A DNA stretch of 64,000 nt, from the NCBI GenBank assembly GCA_036381155.1, contig DASVDJ010000035.1, positions 73,755 through 137,754 of the forward strand, given 5' to 3'. The notes below the pieces were generated by a model. The model made no database searches, was not told the DNA's origin, and saw only the letters and a list, made by a program, of their open reading frames with translations. This document shows positions 32,590 through 41,023 of the stretch, in pieces; position 1 is the first letter of the stretch, and the number at the start of each line of letters is the position of its first letter. The position numbers and the translations under genes are program-made. This stretch comes from Vicinamibacterales bacterium (GTDB lineage: Bacteria > Acidobacteriota > Vicinamibacteria > Vicinamibacterales > JAENWD01).

Positions 32590-33045
32590 TCACCGCAGTG
32601 CCAGCGGGTGCCGCAGCGGATACAGGCTGTTGTGCGGCATCGTCTGGAAGCCAATCATCCGATCGGGATTGATGACGATCGGCGCTCGCAGGTTGACCGT
32701 GGGGCCCTGCTCGGGGTCGAGTGTGACGAGCGCGAGCCAGACGAGGGCCGTCCTGTCCCCGGCGCCGAGCCGTCGTTCGTCCGCGGCCGACAGCACGGCG
32801 CGGTACCCGGGCAGCACCAGCCGCGGGTCGATGGCGAGGAACGACGCCGCCGGGCCGCTGACGTGGTGCAGCAGGTGCAGCGGCGCAATCGCCGGCGAGG
32901 ACAGCAGCACGAAGGCGCGCGTCGACTCGAAACCGGGCAGCCCCTCGTGGAAGTGGATGACGCTCTGCGGATCGATCTCGAAGGTGCCGACGGGCGTCTC
33001 GATGCGGCGCGGCTCGACGCAGGCCGCCTGATCCGGCGCAATCAT
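32590..33045 (-). CDS. fliW: Flagellar assembly factor FliW
   Basis: 151 aa. IHFHEGLPGFES, FLAIDP and NLRAPIVINP are FliW motifs. It lies directly upstream of csrA. Confidence 0.9.
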   Translation of the reverse strand: MIAPDQAACVEPRRIETPVGTFEIDPQSVIHFHEGLPGFESTRAFVLLSSPAIAPLHLLHHVSGPAASFLAIDPRLVLPGYRAVLSAADERRLGAGDRTALVWLALVTLDPEQGPTVNLRAPIVINPDRMIGFQTMPHNSLYPLRHPLALR

Positions 33046-33941
33046 TTCAGGTAGTCCATCAGCGACGGCCGCGTCAGGCGGGCCGCCGCGCCAAGGGCCG
33101 CGTTGTACGCCGTTTCGGCGCGGCTCATCGCGGAGATCGCTTCGGCCATGTTCGCGTCCTCGAGCTTCGAGAGCCGGCTGCGGGCGGCCAGCTTCTCCGA
33201 GGTCAGCCTGATGGCGCCGGTCTCGAGCGCCTTCTGGTCGGCACCGACCTCGGACTGCAGCTGCACGGCGCGGTCGAAGACGCGCTTGAGCGCCGCGATG
33301 CCCTGCTCGATCGCCGGCGTGTCCCCCGCGAGCACGTCGGCGCGCAGCGTCTCGATGATCTGGAAGACGTCCTGCGGATCGCCGCCCTGCACGAGCGCGC
33401 CGCCGTCGAAGGTCACCTGCGCCTCGCGGCCGCGATCGATGTCGACGGCGATGGTCGAGCTGTTCCCCTGGTAGGCGCTCACCGTGCCGTCCGCGTTGCG
33501 CACGAACGGCGCGGTCGTCGAGGCGGTGCCGGCGAAAACGTAGACGCCGCGGAAGCTGGTGTTCAGGTCGCCGAAGAGCGCGTCGCGGATGGCGGCCAGC
33601 TCCATCGCGGCGGCCTCGCGCTGCGCGGGGGTCGGGGTGTCACCGAGCGCCCCGGTGGCCACGGCCTGCGCCTGGGTCAGCTGCTCGATGATGTCGCCGA
33701 GCACGGTGTCGACGAGCCGCAGCCGCGCCTCCACCGAGCTGGCGGCCTGCGCGTACCGGTCGAGCGCGCCGATGGCCGCGTGCTCCGTCACCGCGCCGGC
33801 GGCGGCCGTGGGGTCGTCGCTCGGCGCCTGGAGCCTGCGGCCGGAGCTCACCTCCCGCTGCCGGCGCATCAGATCGGCGGCCGTCCGTTCGATGTCCGCC
33901 AGCGCGTGCCTGAACTCGGTCTGAAAGCTGATGCGTGTCAT
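33042..33941 (-). CDS. flgL: Flagellar hook-associated protein 3 FlgL
   Basis: 299 aa from ATG 33941 (ATGA overlap with flgK). Flagellin-like termini (MTRISFQ..., LSKLEDANMAEAISAMSRAETAYNAAL). Confidence 0.88.
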   Translation of the reverse strand: MTRISFQTEFRHALADIERTAADLMRRQREVSSGRRLQAPSDDPTAAAGAVTEHAAIGALDRYAQAASSVEARLRLVDTVLGDIIEQLTQAQAVATGALGDTPTPAQREAAAMELAAIRDALFGDLNTSFRGVYVFAGTASTTAPFVRNADGTVSAYQGNSSTIAVDIDRGREAQVTFDGGALVQGGDPQDVFQIIETLRADVLAGDTPAIEQGIAALKRVFDRAVQLQSEVGADQKALETGAIRLTSEKLAARSRLSKLEDANMAEAISAMSRAETAYNAALGAAARLTRPSLMDYLK

Positions 33942-35320
33942 CGACCCACCATCGTCAGCAGCGTCTGCAGCACGCTGTCGACCGTCGTGAAGAAGCGCGC
34001 GTTGGCCTCGTAGGCGCGCTGGAACCGGATCAGCCCGGCCGCTTCCTCGTCCAGCGAGACGCCGGAGACGCTGTCGCGCAGCGCCTCGACCTGCATGACG
34101 ATCTCCCGGCGCGTGCGCTCCTCCTGCCGGGCGACCTGCGTGTCGGTGCCGGCCTGATACACGAGCCGTCCCCACGCCTCGTGCAGCGTCGCCGTGCCGC
34201 CGAACATCACGCGGCTGTCGCGCAGCGCGGCCAGATCCCGCGCGGCGCTGTTGTCGCCGGGATCGGGCGTTGCCGCCGCCGCCACGAGCGCGGGATCCGC
34301 CGCGACCACCGCGTTCACCGCGAGCGCGGCCGCCGCGCCGGCCGTCGCGGCCGGCGGATCGAAGAACGCGAGCCCCGCCGCGCCGTTCGCGTCGAAGGCC
34401 GCCTGATGCCGTGTGTTGACCTCCGTCGCGACGGCATAGGCGATCTCGTCCAGGCGACTGATGTAGCCGGGAATGAGGGTGTCGCGCACCTGCAGCAGGC
34501 CGCCGAGCACGCCCGACGTGATCTCCCCGCCGACGTCGACGCCGTTGGCGCTGAGCGTGACGAGCCCCGACGGCCCGACCGGCGTCGCCGTGATCTGGAA
34601 GTCCGACGCGCCGATGACGAGCGGCCGCCCGAGCCCGAACGTCACGTCGTAGCCGCCGTCCTCCCGCGCGATCACGTCGACGGCGACGAGCTCGGAGAGC
34701 GACTTGATGGCCTCGCCCTGGCGATCGCGCAGCACCTGCACGTCGGTGCCCATCGCCACGCCCTTGGCGATCGACTCGTTCAGGCTGGCGATCTCCGACG
34801 CCAGCGCGTTGATCTGATCGACCACCCCGCGGATGCGTGTGTCGGTGTCGCGCTGCGCGAGCGTCAGCCGCCCGGTCATGTCAGCGAAGCTGGTGGCGAG
34901 CGCCTCGCCCTTGAGGATGACCTGCTGCCGCGCGGTGGTCGACGTCGGATCCTCGGACAGGCGACCCCAGGCGTCGAAGAACTCGGTCAGCGCCGCGTCG
35001 AGCGATGCGCCGGGATCCCCGAGCGCGACCTCGACGATGCTGAGCGCATCGGCGATGGCGCCCTGCATGGCGGCGGCGGGCCGCTCCTGCCAGAGCCGGC
35101 GGTCGAGCAGCGCGTCGCGAATCGCGCGGACGCCCTGCACCTCGACGCCGCCGCCGGCGTTGAGCGGGCTGGTGGGCGGCAGCGCGGCGAAGTCGACCGT
35201 GCGCCGCGAATACCCGGCGGTGTTGACGTTGGCGATGTTCTGGCCGACGACGTCGAGCCCGAAGCGCTGGGCTTCGAGCGACCGTGCGGCCACCGAGAGC
35301 ATGCCGAAGAGTCCGGACAT
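33938..35320 (-). CDS. flgK: Flagellar hook-associated protein 1 FlgK
   Basis: 460 aa. SLEAQRFGLDVVGQNIANVNTAGYSRR at the N-terminus and a C-terminal SGVSLDEEAAGLIRFQRAYEANARF. Confidence 0.92.
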   Translation of the reverse strand: MSGLFGMLSVAARSLEAQRFGLDVVGQNIANVNTAGYSRRTVDFAALPPTSPLNAGGGVEVQGVRAIRDALLDRRLWQERPAAAMQGAIADALSIVEVALGDPGASLDAALTEFFDAWGRLSEDPTSTTARQQVILKGEALATSFADMTGRLTLAQRDTDTRIRGVVDQINALASEIASLNESIAKGVAMGTDVQVLRDRQGEAIKSLSELVAVDVIAREDGGYDVTFGLGRPLVIGASDFQITATPVGPSGLVTLSANGVDVGGEITSGVLGGLLQVRDTLIPGYISRLDEIAYAVATEVNTRHQAAFDANGAAGLAFFDPPAATAGAAAALAVNAVVAADPALVAAAATPDPGDNSAARDLAALRDSRVMFGGTATLHEAWGRLVYQAGTDTQVARQEERTRREIVMQVEALRDSVSGVSLDEEAAGLIRFQRAYEANARFFTTVDSVLQTLLTMVGR

Positions 35321-35682
35321 CAGCCCCTCGCGTCGAACGAGCCGGCCCGTACCGGATCGGACGGACGTCCGTCCCGATCGTAGGGAGCGACCAGGCCGCG
35401 CGCGGCGCGGGTGGCCGCGGCGAACTGCGTCAGCCCCTCGCCGAGCTGCCGGGCGCGGCGCAATGCCAGCAGCGCCGCCATGGCCGCGGGCGGCAGGGTG
35501 TCACGATCGAACGGCCCGTCCAGATCCGGCAGCAGGCGCGCGAGCTCGTCGAGGTGCGACTGCTGCGCGAGGACGCCGTCGAGATCGGCCTTCGCCAGCG
35601 CGTCTCCCAGGTCCGTCAGCACGCTGGCCAGCCGGTTGACCGTGTCGGTCGGGTCCGGGCGACCGGTTGCCGTCACGCCCAT
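35320..35682 (-). CDS. flgN: Putative FlgN-like export chaperone
   Basis: 120 aa from ATG 35682. Helical, and located between flgM and flgK as in enterics and Bacillus. The stop shares 1 nt with the flgK ATG. Confidence 0.55.
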   Translation of the reverse strand: MGVTATGRPDPTDTVNRLASVLTDLGDALAKADLDGVLAQQSHLDELARLLPDLDGPFDRDTLPPAAMAALLALRRARQLGEGLTQFAAATRAARGLVAPYDRDGRPSDPVRAGSFDARG

Positions 35683-35686
35683 GTCG

Positions 35687-35983
35687 CTAGCGCTCGAGCA
35701 GCGTGTCGATGATGCGATCGGCCAGCGCCAGCGGATCGGCGCCAATCCGGCCGGCTTCGAGGGCCTTGCGCGCAGCCTCGACGCGGTCCTGACGGATCTC
35801 GGGGGACGCGGCCGCCTCGCGAGCTGCGGCGGTCGCCAGCGCGGCGTCCGGGGACAGGCGCACGGAATCGCTGCCGGTGTCGGCGGGACGTCCGGTATGC
35901 GTCGGGCGGTTGACGCCGTGCTGCGGCTCGACGCGATGGGTCCCGACGGCCTCGGCGCCGGTCTGCCCGGGTTCGATCTTCAT
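35687..35983 (-). CDS. flgM: Anti-sigma-28 factor FlgM
   Basis: 98 aa from ATG 35983, with GGAGGA 8 nt upstream. The C-terminus RVEAARKALEAGRIGADPLALADRIIDTLL is the FlgM sigma-binding helix pattern. Confidence 0.75.
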   Translation of the reverse strand: MKIEPGQTGAEAVGTHRVEPQHGVNRPTHTGRPADTGSDSVRLSPDAALATAAAREAAASPEIRQDRVEAARKALEAGRIGADPLALADRIIDTLLER

Positions 35984-35986
35984 CAC

Positions 35987-36832
35987 CTATTCCTCCAGCA
36001 CCGGGTCGGGAGAAGGCCCGGCACCCGACCAATCGGCATCCGTCCTCACCGGCTTTAACCCGGCCGCTTGCGCGTATCGCCGGGCGGCCACGACGGGGTC
36101 GACGGCCTGTCCCGACGCCAGCACCTCGAAGTGCAGATGCGCGCCGGTGGCGCGCCCTGTCGCGCCCGCCTTGCCGACCTCCTGCCCCTGCCGCACCTCC
36201 TGCCCGGCGGCTACGTGCAGCTCCGACAGGTGCGCGTACCGGGTCCGTATGCCAGAACCGTGCTCAACCACCACGGTCAGCCCGTACCCGCCCTGCGGAC
36301 CCGCGAAGACGACCCGGCCGTCGGCGGCGGCCGGAATCGGGTCGCCGTGGGCGGCGGCGATGTCGACGCCGCGGTGTTGCCGTCCGTGGCCATCGAGCGG
36401 GTCGCGCCGCCAGCCGAACGGCGACGTGATGCGATCGGCGAGCGGCAGCGGAATCGCCGGCGCCGGCACACCCGTGGGCGCGGCCGGCGGCACGGGCGCG
36501 CCGGCCGCCGGCGCTGGCGCCGTGAAAGGCTGCGCAATCCCGTGCTGGCGCTCGTAGGCCTCCACGATCACCGACGCGATCCCGATCCCGCCGCCGGCGG
36601 CCAGATGCCGTCCGAGCTCGACGTCGAACGTCTCCGCGAACGGCGTCCGGCCAAGCCCCGGCTCGTCGTCTTCCCCGCCTGCCAGCGCCATCGACTCGCG
36701 CATCTGCCGGAGCATCAACGCGAGGAACATCGCCTCGAACTCGGCGGCGAGCTCGCGCACGCGCGCCGGGTTCTCCGCCTGACCGGCGGCGCTCACACCT
36801 GCGGGCAGCCCGGGCAGCAGGGTCGGTGTCAT
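35987..36832 (-). CDS. flgJ: FlgJ-like rod-binding domain fused to M23 (LytM) peptidase domain
   Basis: 281 aa. The N-terminus ELAAEFEAMFLALMLRQMRES is the rod-binding motif. The C-terminus has HRGVDIAA, GYGLTVVVEHG and GRATGAHLHFEV (M23 HxxxD/HxH). Confidence 0.85.
   Translation of the reverse strand: MTPTLLPGLPAGVSAAGQAENPARVRELAAEFEAMFLALMLRQMRESMALAGGEDDEPGLGRTPFAETFDVELGRHLAAGGGIGIASVIVEAYERQHGIAQPFTAPAPAAGAPVPPAAPTGVPAPAIPLPLADRITSPFGWRRDPLDGHGRQHRGVDIAAAHGDPIPAAADGRVVFAGPQGGYGLTVVVEHGSGIRTRYAHLSELHVAAGQEVRQGQEVGKAGATGRATGAHLHFEVLASGQAVDPVVAARRYAQAAGLKPVRTDADWSGAGPSPDPVLEE
36030..36058 (-). promoter_or_regulatory. Sigma-28-type promoter inside the flgJ 3' end, facing flgM
   Basis: The minus strand reads TTAAAGCCG-N13-CCGATTG. 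The -35 nonamer is identical to that of fliC2, and the spacer is 1 nt longer. It lies about 45 nt upstream of the flgM ATG. Confidence 0.45.
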
Positions 36833-37992
36833 CAGAGGATCACGATCTCGGCCGCCAGCGCGCCGGCCGACTTGAGCGCCTGGAGGATTGCGATGATGTC
36901 GCGCGGCGTCGCGCCGAGCGCGTTCAGCGCGCGCACGACCTCGTCGAGCGTCGAGCCGCTCCCCAGGTTGACGAGCCGCGCGTCCCCTTCCGAGACCTCG
37001 ACGCGCTCGTCGGGCACCACGACCGTCTCGCCGGTGCGGGAGAACGCCGACGGCTGCGAGACGACGTACTGCGTCGAGATGCGGACGGAGAGGTTCCCGT
37101 GCGCGACTGCGGCCGGCCCCAGGCGTACGCCGCCGCCGATCACGACGGTGCCGGTCCGCTCGTTGATCGCCACGCGCGCCGGCTGATCGACGGCAAGCGG
37201 CAGCGACTCGAGCCGCGCCAGCAGATCGGGCACGGCCTGCCGGTACGCCGGCGGCACGGCGACGGCCACCGTGGCGGCGTCGATCGCGCGCGCAGCCGAT
37301 CCGCCAAGGGCGTCGTTGATGGTGTCGGCCAGCCGGTGCGCGTTGCCGAAGTCGGGCGATGTCAGGGCCAGCCGGAGTTCCGGCACCGGTCCCATCTCGA
37401 TGCGCTGCCCGACCTGGACCAGCGCGCCGCCGGGCACGCGGCCGACGGTGAGATGGTTCACCGTGACGCCGTTGGCCGAGCGGCCGCCACCGAATCCGCC
37501 GATCGACAGCGGCCCCTGGGCGAGCGCGTGGACGGTGCCGTCGGGACCGCGCAGCGGCGTCGGAATCAGCGTGCCTCCCTGCAGGCTCCGGGCGTCGCCG
37601 ATCGACGACGCGGTGACGTCGAGCCGGGCGCCCTGCCGCACGAAGGGCGGCAGTTCCGCGGTGACCAGCACCGCGGCGACGTTCTCGATCTTGATCTCAC
37701 CGGCAGGCACGGCGACCCCGAACCGCTCGAGCATGTTCGCCAGGGTCTGCGCCGGGAAGATCGTCTGCCGCCGGTCGCCGGTCTTGTTGAGCCCCACGAC
37801 GAGCCCGTAGCCGACGAGCGGAATGGGCGCCGCCCCCTGGAGCCGCGCCACGTCGCCGACGCGCACGGTGGTGACGGTGGATTCCGCCGCGTGCTCCGCG
37901 GCCGGCGAGTCCGGCAACGGCTGCGCCGCGACGTGCGGGGCCGAGCCCGCGAGAACGGCGGCACACGAGAGGACCGCGACTGCGTACGTCAT
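36832..37992 (-). CDS. flgI: Flagellar P-ring protein FlgI
   Basis: 386 aa from ATG 37992 (signal peptide MTYAVAVLSCAAVLAGS). LVGYGLVVGLNKTGD and ATPRDIIAILQALKSAGAL are FlgI motifs. Confidence 0.93.
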   Translation of the reverse strand: MTYAVAVLSCAAVLAGSAPHVAAQPLPDSPAAEHAAESTVTTVRVGDVARLQGAAPIPLVGYGLVVGLNKTGDRRQTIFPAQTLANMLERFGVAVPAGEIKIENVAAVLVTAELPPFVRQGARLDVTASSIGDARSLQGGTLIPTPLRGPDGTVHALAQGPLSIGGFGGGRSANGVTVNHLTVGRVPGGALVQVGQRIEMGPVPELRLALTSPDFGNAHRLADTINDALGGSAARAIDAATVAVAVPPAYRQAVPDLLARLESLPLAVDQPARVAINERTGTVVIGGGVRLGPAAVAHGNLSVRISTQYVVSQPSAFSRTGETVVVPDERVEVSEGDARLVNLGSGSTLDEVVRALNALGATPRDIIAILQALKSAGALAAEIVIL

Positions 37993-37994
37993 GG

Positions 37995-38708
37995 CTAGAA
38001 GATCTTGTTGAACAGCCGGACGAGCCATCCGGGCTGGAGGTTGTCGCGGATCAGCCCGCGCCCGAAGTACCGGATCCGCAGCTGGCCGATCTCCGGCGAC
38101 GGCACGACGTTGCCCGGACGGATGCTGCTCGGCCGGACGACTCCGGTCAGCACGACGATCTGGCGATCGCCGTTGATGTCGATCTCACGCGCGCCCTCGA
38201 GGACCAGGTCGCCGTTCGGCAGCACTTCCGTCACGCGCGCGGTGATCCGCGCCGTGAGCGTGCCGGCGCGCCGCGTGGTGCCACCGCCTTCGAAGTCGCT
38301 CTCCGTCTCGGCCAGCCGCGTCGGATCGAGCCAGCTCGGGAACTTCGACTCGAGCCCCAGCAGGCTGCCCACCGACGCGCGGCTCTTCTTGTCCAGCGAC
38401 GAGTCGGCCGTGCCGGTCCCGACGATGCTCTCGATCACCTGCACGGTGACGAGGTCGTTGACGTTGCGGGCGCGCAGATCCGCGCCGAGCCCCGCCATCC
38501 AGGTGATGTCCGGCGCCGGCGTCTGCGGCGTCGAGCGCGCGGCGTCCAGGTACCGGACGAACAGCTCCTCGTAGTTGTCGGTCGAGACCGCGGCCGGCGG
38601 CGGCGCAGGCTCCCCCGCCTCGAACCACCACTCGTCCGGTTGCGCACCCGCGACGCCGGGCCACAGCGCCACGAGCGCGGCCAGCGTCAGCACCAGGCTA
38701 CGACCCAT
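37995..38708 (-). CDS. flgH: Flagellar L-ring protein FlgH
   Basis: 237 aa. NVNDLVTVQVIE and NGDLVLEGAREIDINGDRQIVVLTGVVRP are FlgH core motifs. Confidence 0.9.
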   Translation of the reverse strand: MGRSLVLTLAALVALWPGVAGAQPDEWWFEAGEPAPPPAAVSTDNYEELFVRYLDAARSTPQTPAPDITWMAGLGADLRARNVNDLVTVQVIESIVGTGTADSSLDKKSRASVGSLLGLESKFPSWLDPTRLAETESDFEGGGTTRRAGTLTARITARVTEVLPNGDLVLEGAREIDINGDRQIVVLTGVVRPSSIRPGNVVPSPEIGQLRIRYFGRGLIRDNLQPGWLVRLFNKIF

Positions 38709-39381
38709 GCATCACCTCGACTTCTCCAGGTCCCGTCACGCGCGCACGCAGCCGACGGCGCGTTTCGGGATTGACGACGACCACGACGTCGCCGGCGCGT
38801 CCGTTCTGGACGGCGATCGCGCGTCCCCGCGCGACCACCGCGCCGACCACCGCGCTGACCGTGACCGGCTGTCCCGACTGGACGAGCGGCACGAGCCGCA
38901 CGGCGTCGGCGGTGACGACCGTACCGGCGGGCAGCGCGCGCCGCGCGGTCGCACCCAGGACTTCCGCTGCCGCGGGCAGCGGCTGCAGCGGCACGCCCTC
39001 GAGCCGCACGTGCCGGGGCGCGACGTCCTCGCCCGTCAGCACCCGCCCGCGCGGGATGTCGCGCAGCGTGCGCAGCGCGACGGCCTCCACCTGCACGACG
39101 GCCTGTGCCGAGCCGACGCGCCGGGGCCCGTCGGGTGTGAGCGCAGTCAGCGCGAAGCGGCCCGGCGCTCCCGTGCGCACATCCGGCGCCGGTCTCGCCA
39201 TGAGCCGTCCCTCGCTCGGCACGGCGCTCACCTGCAGGTCCTCGACGGTCACACCGGCGACCTGCAGCCGCGCCGCCACCGCACGCCGGATCGCGTCGGC
39301 CGCGCGCGCTTCGAGCGACGCGTCGACCGGAGCAGCCGGCGCGGAAGCGAGCACGCCGAGCAGGAGCAGCGCGGCCGGCAT
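38698..39381 (-). CDS. flgA: Flagellar P-ring assembly chaperone FlgA
   Basis: 227 aa. Signal peptide, SAF-like region (RDIPRGRVLTGEDV), and VQSGQPVTV, with the expected position upstream of flgH. Confidence 0.8.
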   Translation of the reverse strand: MPAALLLLGVLASAPAAPVDASLEARAADAIRRAVAARLQVAGVTVEDLQVSAVPSEGRLMARPAPDVRTGAPGRFALTALTPDGPRRVGSAQAVVQVEAVALRTLRDIPRGRVLTGEDVAPRHVRLEGVPLQPLPAAAEVLGATARRALPAGTVVTADAVRLVPLVQSGQPVTVSAVVGAVVARGRAIAVQNGRAGDVVVVVNPETRRRLRARVTGPGEVEVMHGS

Positions 39382-40169
39382 CAGCGGACCAGGTTATTGA
39401 CCTGCGTCAGCATCTCGTCCGACGCGCGCACGACCTTCGAGTTGGCCTCGTAGGCGCGCTGCGCGAGGATCATGTTGACCATCTCCTCGACGACGCTGAC
39501 GTTGGAGTTCTCGAGGAAGCCCTGGACGATCGTCCCGATGCCGTCCTGGCCGGGCGCGCCGGTGGTCGGCTCCCCCGACGCCGTCGTCGCGACGAAGATG
39601 TTGCCGCCGAGCGCCTGCAGCCCCGCCGGGTTCTGGAAGATCGCCAGCTCGATCGTGCCCAGCTCCTGAACGGCGCTCTGGCCCGCGATCTGCGCCGAGA
39701 CGATGCCCGCGCGGGAGATCGTCACGGAAATCGCCTCCGGCGGAATCGTGATCTGCGGCTCGAGCGGATAGCCGTCGGCGGTCACGAGCGTGCCGTCGGC
39801 GCTCAGATGGAGCGAGCCGGCGCGCGTGTAGCCGATCTCGCCGCTCGGCAGCGAGACCTGGAAGAACCCGCGCCCCTCGATTGCGAGATCGAACGGCGCG
39901 TTCGTCGCTCGCAGGTTGCCGTTGGCGAAGTCGCGCGCGGTGGCCGCCGGCATGGTGCCCAGGCCGATTTCGAGCCCGACCGGGCTCTCGCTGGAGGTGC
40001 TGGTCGGGCTGCCCGCCGCCTGCATCTGCTGATAGACGAGGTCCTGGAACTCCATCCGGCTCTTCTTGAAGCCGGCCGTGTTGACGTTCGCGAGGTTGTT
40101 CGCGATGACGTCGATGTTGGACTGCTGCGCGTCCATCCCGCTGGCTGCCGTGTAAAGCGCTCGAATCAT
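39381..40169 (-). CDS. flgG: Flagellar distal rod protein FlgG
   Basis: 262 aa from ATG 40169, with GGAG 6 nt upstream. MIRALYTAASGMDAQQSNIDVIANNLANVNTAGFK and a C-terminal ILAQRAYEANSKV. Confidence 0.93.
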   Translation of the reverse strand: MIRALYTAASGMDAQQSNIDVIANNLANVNTAGFKKSRMEFQDLVYQQMQAAGSPTSTSSESPVGLEIGLGTMPAATARDFANGNLRATNAPFDLAIEGRGFFQVSLPSGEIGYTRAGSLHLSADGTLVTADGYPLEPQITIPPEAISVTISRAGIVSAQIAGQSAVQELGTIELAIFQNPAGLQALGGNIFVATTASGEPTTGAPGQDGIGTIVQGFLENSNVSVVEEMVNMILAQRAYEANSKVVRASDEMLTQVNNLVR

Positions 40170-40300
40170 CACTCGCTCCGTTCAACCCGTCGGCGGCTCA
40201 CGCGCTGGCGCGCGCTGCCGATTCTCCGAGTGGCCGTGTCCCGGGCTCGTTCGAACCCGCCTCTTCCCTGGCCCCTGGCTCCTGACCCTTGGCCCTGACC

Positions 40301-41023
40301 CTACCGTCGACCCAACTCGGTGATCGCCCGTCCGTCGAGGTCGTTCATCAGGACGCTGACGCCCTTCTGCAGCGCCTCGAACGTGCGGGTCACCTCGGTC
40401 AGCTCCGCAATCCGCTCCACCATCGAGACGTTCGATCGCTCGATGGCGCCGCTCTGCAGGCGGGCTTCCGCAGCGGCTGTCGGCTGGACGCCAACGGGCG
40501 CCCGGAACCGCGAGCCGCTCTCGCGCACCAGGCCGTTGTAGTCGTCGAAGTCCACGATGCGCAGCCGGCCCGCAATCGCCGCGCCCGTGCGGATCGTGCC
40601 GTCGGGCTCGACGCTCAACTCCCCCTCGCCGAGCCGGATCGGCCCGTCGACGCCGAGCACCGCGTGGCCGTCCTCGGTGACGAGCGTGCCGTCGCCGGCC
40701 CGCGTGAAGTGGCCGTTGCGCGTGTAGCGCGGTCCCGCCGGCGTGTCGACGACGAAGAAGCCGCGCCCTTCGAGCGCGAAGTCGAGATCGCGCCCGGTGG
40801 GTGCGATGGCGCCGGCGCGGAAGTCATAGCGTGCAGGGCCTGGCGCCACGTCGACGGCCGCCTGCAGCGCGCGGTCGAACATCGGACGCTCCGCTTCGGT
40901 CGTGGTGCCGCGCCGGGCCTTGTAGCCGGACGTCGATCCGTTGGCGATGTCGGCGGCGAGGCGGTCCAGATGATCCGCCCGCGCCCGCAGTCCGCTCAGT
41001 GCGACGTAAGCACCGCCTGCCAT
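40301..41023 (-). CDS. flgF: Flagellar proximal rod protein FlgF
   Basis: 240 aa from ATG 41023, with AGGAGG 7 nt upstream. YVALSGLRARADHLDRLAADIANGSTSGYK, FTRAGDGTLVTEDGHAV and a C-terminal TRTFEALQK. Confidence 0.85.
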   Translation of the reverse strand: MAGGAYVALSGLRARADHLDRLAADIANGSTSGYKARRGTTTEAERPMFDRALQAAVDVAPGPARYDFRAGAIAPTGRDLDFALEGRGFFVVDTPAGPRYTRNGHFTRAGDGTLVTEDGHAVLGVDGPIRLGEGELSVEPDGTIRTGAAIAGRLRIVDFDDYNGLVRESGSRFRAPVGVQPTAAAEARLQSGAIERSNVSMVERIAELTEVTRTFEALQKGVSVLMNDLDGRAITELGRR

